Shown here: piece by piece, positions 61,224 through 64,000 of the stretch
How the letters are laid out: each line of letters begins with the position of its first letter
Position numbering within the stretch: the stretch's first letter is position 1
NCBI GenBank assembly: GCA_026770705.1
Contig: JANJGN010000018.1
Location: forward strand, 12,400,001 to 12,464,000
Origin: Isurus oxyrinchus
Taxonomy: Eukaryota
DNA: 64,000 nt
Direction of reading: 5' to 3'
Notes under the pieces: generated by a model
What the model was told of the DNA's origin: nothing
The model's input: the letters and a program-made list of their open reading frames with translations, nothing else
The model's database searches: none
Program-made: the position numbers and the translations under genes

Positions 61224-64000
61224 GAACACTGTCACTATTCCTCTCCCTGGAACCCTGTCACCATTCCTCTCCCTGGAACCCTGTCACCATTCCTCTCCCT
61301 GGAACCCTGTCACCATTCCTCTTCCTGGAACCCTGTCACCATTCCTCTCCCTGGAACCACGTCACCATTCCTCTCCCTGGAACCCTGTCACCATTCCTCT
61401 CCCTGGAACCACGTCACCATTCCTCTCCCTGGAACCCTGTCACTATTGCTCTCCCTGGAACTGTGTCACTATTCCTCACCCTGGAACCCTGTCACTATTC
61501 CTCTCCCTGGAACTGTGTCACAATTCCTCTCCCTGGAACCCTATCACTATTCCTCTCCCTGGAACTGTGTCACTATTCCTCTTCCTGGAACCCTGTCACT
61601 ATTCCTCTTCCTGGAACCCTGTCACTGTTCCTCTCCCTGGAACCCTGTCACTATTCCTCTCCCTGGAACCCTGTCACTGTTCCTCTCCCTGGAACCCTGT
61701 CACTATTCCTCTCCCTGGAACCCTGTCACTGTTCCTCTCCCTGGAACCCTGTCACTGTTCATCCCCCTGGAACCCTGTCACTATTCCTCTCCCTGGAACT
61801 GTGTCACTATTCCTCTCCCTGGAACTGTGTCACTATTCCTCTCCCTGGAACCCTGTCACTATTCCCCTCCCTGGAACCCTGTCACTATTCCCCTCCCTGG
61901 AACCCTGTCACTATTCCTCTCCCTGGAACCCTGTCACTATTCCCCTCCCTGGAACCGTGTCACCATTCCTCTCCCTGGAACCCTGTCACTATTCCCCTCC
62001 CTGGAACCGTGTCACCATTCCCCTCCCTGGAACTGTGTAACTATTCCTCTTCCTGGAACCCTGTCACTATTCCCCTCCCTGGAACCCTGTCACTATTCCC
62101 CTCCCTGGAACCCTGTCACTATTCCCCTCCCTGGAACCCTGTCACTATTCCCCTCCCTGGAACCCTGTCACTATTCCTCTCCCTGGAACCCTGTCACTAT
62201 TCCCCTCCCTGTAACCCTGTCACTATTCTGCTTCCTGGAACCCTGTTACTATTCCTCTTCCTGGAACCCTGTCACTATTCCTCTTCCTGGAATCCTGTCA
62301 CTATTCCCCTCCCTGTAACCCTGTCACTATTCTGCTTCCTGGAAGCCTGTCACTATTCCTCTCCCTGGAACTGTGTCACTATTCCTCTCCCTGGAACCCT
62401 GTCACTGTTCCTCTCCCTGGAACCCTGTCATCATTCCTCTCCCTGGAACCCTGTCACTATTCCTCTCCCTGGAACCCTGTCACCATTCCTCTCCCTGGAA
62501 CCCTGTCACCATTCCTCTCCCTGGAACCACGTCACTATTCCTCTCCCTGGAACCCTGTCACCATTCCTCTCCCTGGAACCGCATCACCATTCCTCTCCCT
62601 GGAACCTGTCACTATTCCTCTCCCTGGAACCCTGTCACTATTCCTCTCCCTGGAACCCTGTCACTATTCCTCTCCCTGGAACCCTGTCACTATTCCTCTC
62701 CCTGGAACCCTGTCACCATTCCTCTCCCTGGAACCGCATCACCATTCCTCTCCCTGGAACCTGTCACTATTCCTCTCCCTGGAACCCTGTCACTATTCCT
62801 CTCCCTGGAACCCTGTCACTATTCCTCTCCCTGGAACCCTGTCACTATTCCTCTCCCTGGAACCCTGTCACTATTCCTCTCCCTGGAACCCTGTCACTAT
62901 TCCTCTCCCTGGAACCCTGTCACTATTCCTCTCCCTGGAACCCTGTCACTATTCCTCTCCCTGGAACCCTGTCACTATTCCCCTCCCTGGAACCCTGTCA
63001 CTATTCCTCTCCCTGGAACCGCATCACCATTCCTCTCCCTGGAACCCTGTCACTATTCCCCTCCCTGGAACCGTGTCACCATTCCCCTCCCTGGAACCGT
63101 GTCACCATTCCTCTCCCTGGAACCCTGTCACCATTCCTCTTCCTGGAACCCTGTCACCATTCCTCTTCCTGGAACCCTGTCACCATTCCTCTCCCTGGAA
63201 CCCTGTCACCATTCCTCTCCCTGGAACCCTGTCATCATTCCTCTCCCTGGAACCCTGTCACCATTCCTCTCCTGGAACCGCATCACCATTCCTCTCCCTG
63301 GAACCGTGTCACCATTCCTCCCCCTGGAACCCTGTCACCATTCCTCTTCCTGGAACCCTGTCACTATTCCTCTCCCTGGAACCCTGTCACTATTCCTCTC
63401 CCTGGAAACCTGTCACTATTCCTCACCCTGGAACCCTGTCACTATTCCTCTCCCTGGAACTGTGTCACAATTCCTCTCCCTGGAACCCTATCACTATTCC
63501 TCTCCCTGGAACTGTGTCACTATTCCTCTTCCTGGAACCCTGTCACTATTCCTCTTCCTGGAACCCTGTCACTGTTCCTCTCCCTGGAACCCTGTCACTA
63601 TTCCTCTCCCTGGAACCCTGTCACTGTTCCTCTCCCTGGAACCCTGTCACTATTCCCCTCCCTGGAACCCTGTCACTATTCCTCTCCCTGGAACTGTGTC
63701 ACTATTCTTCTTCCTGGAACCCTGTCACCATTCCTCTTCCTGGAACCCTGCCACTGTTCCTCTCCCTGGAACCCTGTCGCTGTTCCTCTCCCTGGAACCC
63801 TGTCACTGTTCATCCCCCTGGAACCCTGTCACTATTCCTCTCCCTGGAACTGTGTCACTATTCCTCTCCCTGGAACTGTGTCACTATTCCTCTCCCTGGA
63901 ACCCTGTCACTATTCCCCTCCCTGGAACCCTGTCACTATTCCCCTCCCTGGAACCCTGTCACTATTCCTCTCCCTGGAACCCTGTCACTATTCCCCTCCC
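61224..64000. repeat. 26-bp minisatellite (consensus CTGTCACTATTCCTCTCCCTGGAACC), about 106 units, continues past the window end
   Basis: Direct reading; the translation repeats every 26 aa, equal to 3 units. Confidence 0.98.

Noticed and set aside
61446-62318. 290-aa and 157-aa ORFs as real genes
   Set aside because: By-products of a stop-free 26-bp repeat; the starts are TTG/GTG, not ATG.
61224-64000. CRISPR array
   Set aside because: Units are directly adjacent with no unique spacers, there are no cas genes and the context is eukaryotic.

Overview
Eukaryotic, repeat-rich, apparently intergenic or intronic vertebrate DNA. The repeat content points to a cartilaginous fish (shark-like), which is an inference. 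I found no intact host protein-coding gene, rRNA or CRISPR array. The window is a mosaic of decayed and nested transposable elements: (1) a near full-length CR1 LINE (37.2-41.4 kb, minus strand; ORF1 zinc-finger/leucine zipper plus SGNH esterase, ORF2 EN/RT) and many 5'-truncated CR1 and L2 pieces; (2) a second CR1-superfamily LINE (7.9-10.5 kb) whose 3' end is shared with a tRNA-derived SINE carrying a Meta-like domain; (3) more than ten Deu-domain (SacSINE1/AmnSINE1-like) SINE copies; (4) Penelope-like elements with a GIY-YIG remnant, inverted pseudo-LTRs, 14-bp target-site duplications and minimal hammerhead-ribozyme motifs that share a non-canonical core (CUGUYGA); (5) a fossil autonomous PIF/Harbinger transposon (transposase on +, Myb/SANT-type partner on -) and many Harbinger MITEs with 3-bp TSDs; (6) an intron-retaining tRNA-Ile(TAT)-like pseudogene at 59.9 kb; (7) a 26-bp minisatellite with higher-order duplication, running from 61.2 kb off the end of the window. 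Family names come from my recognition of motifs, not from database searches. Boundaries are approximate unless a TSD is quoted.
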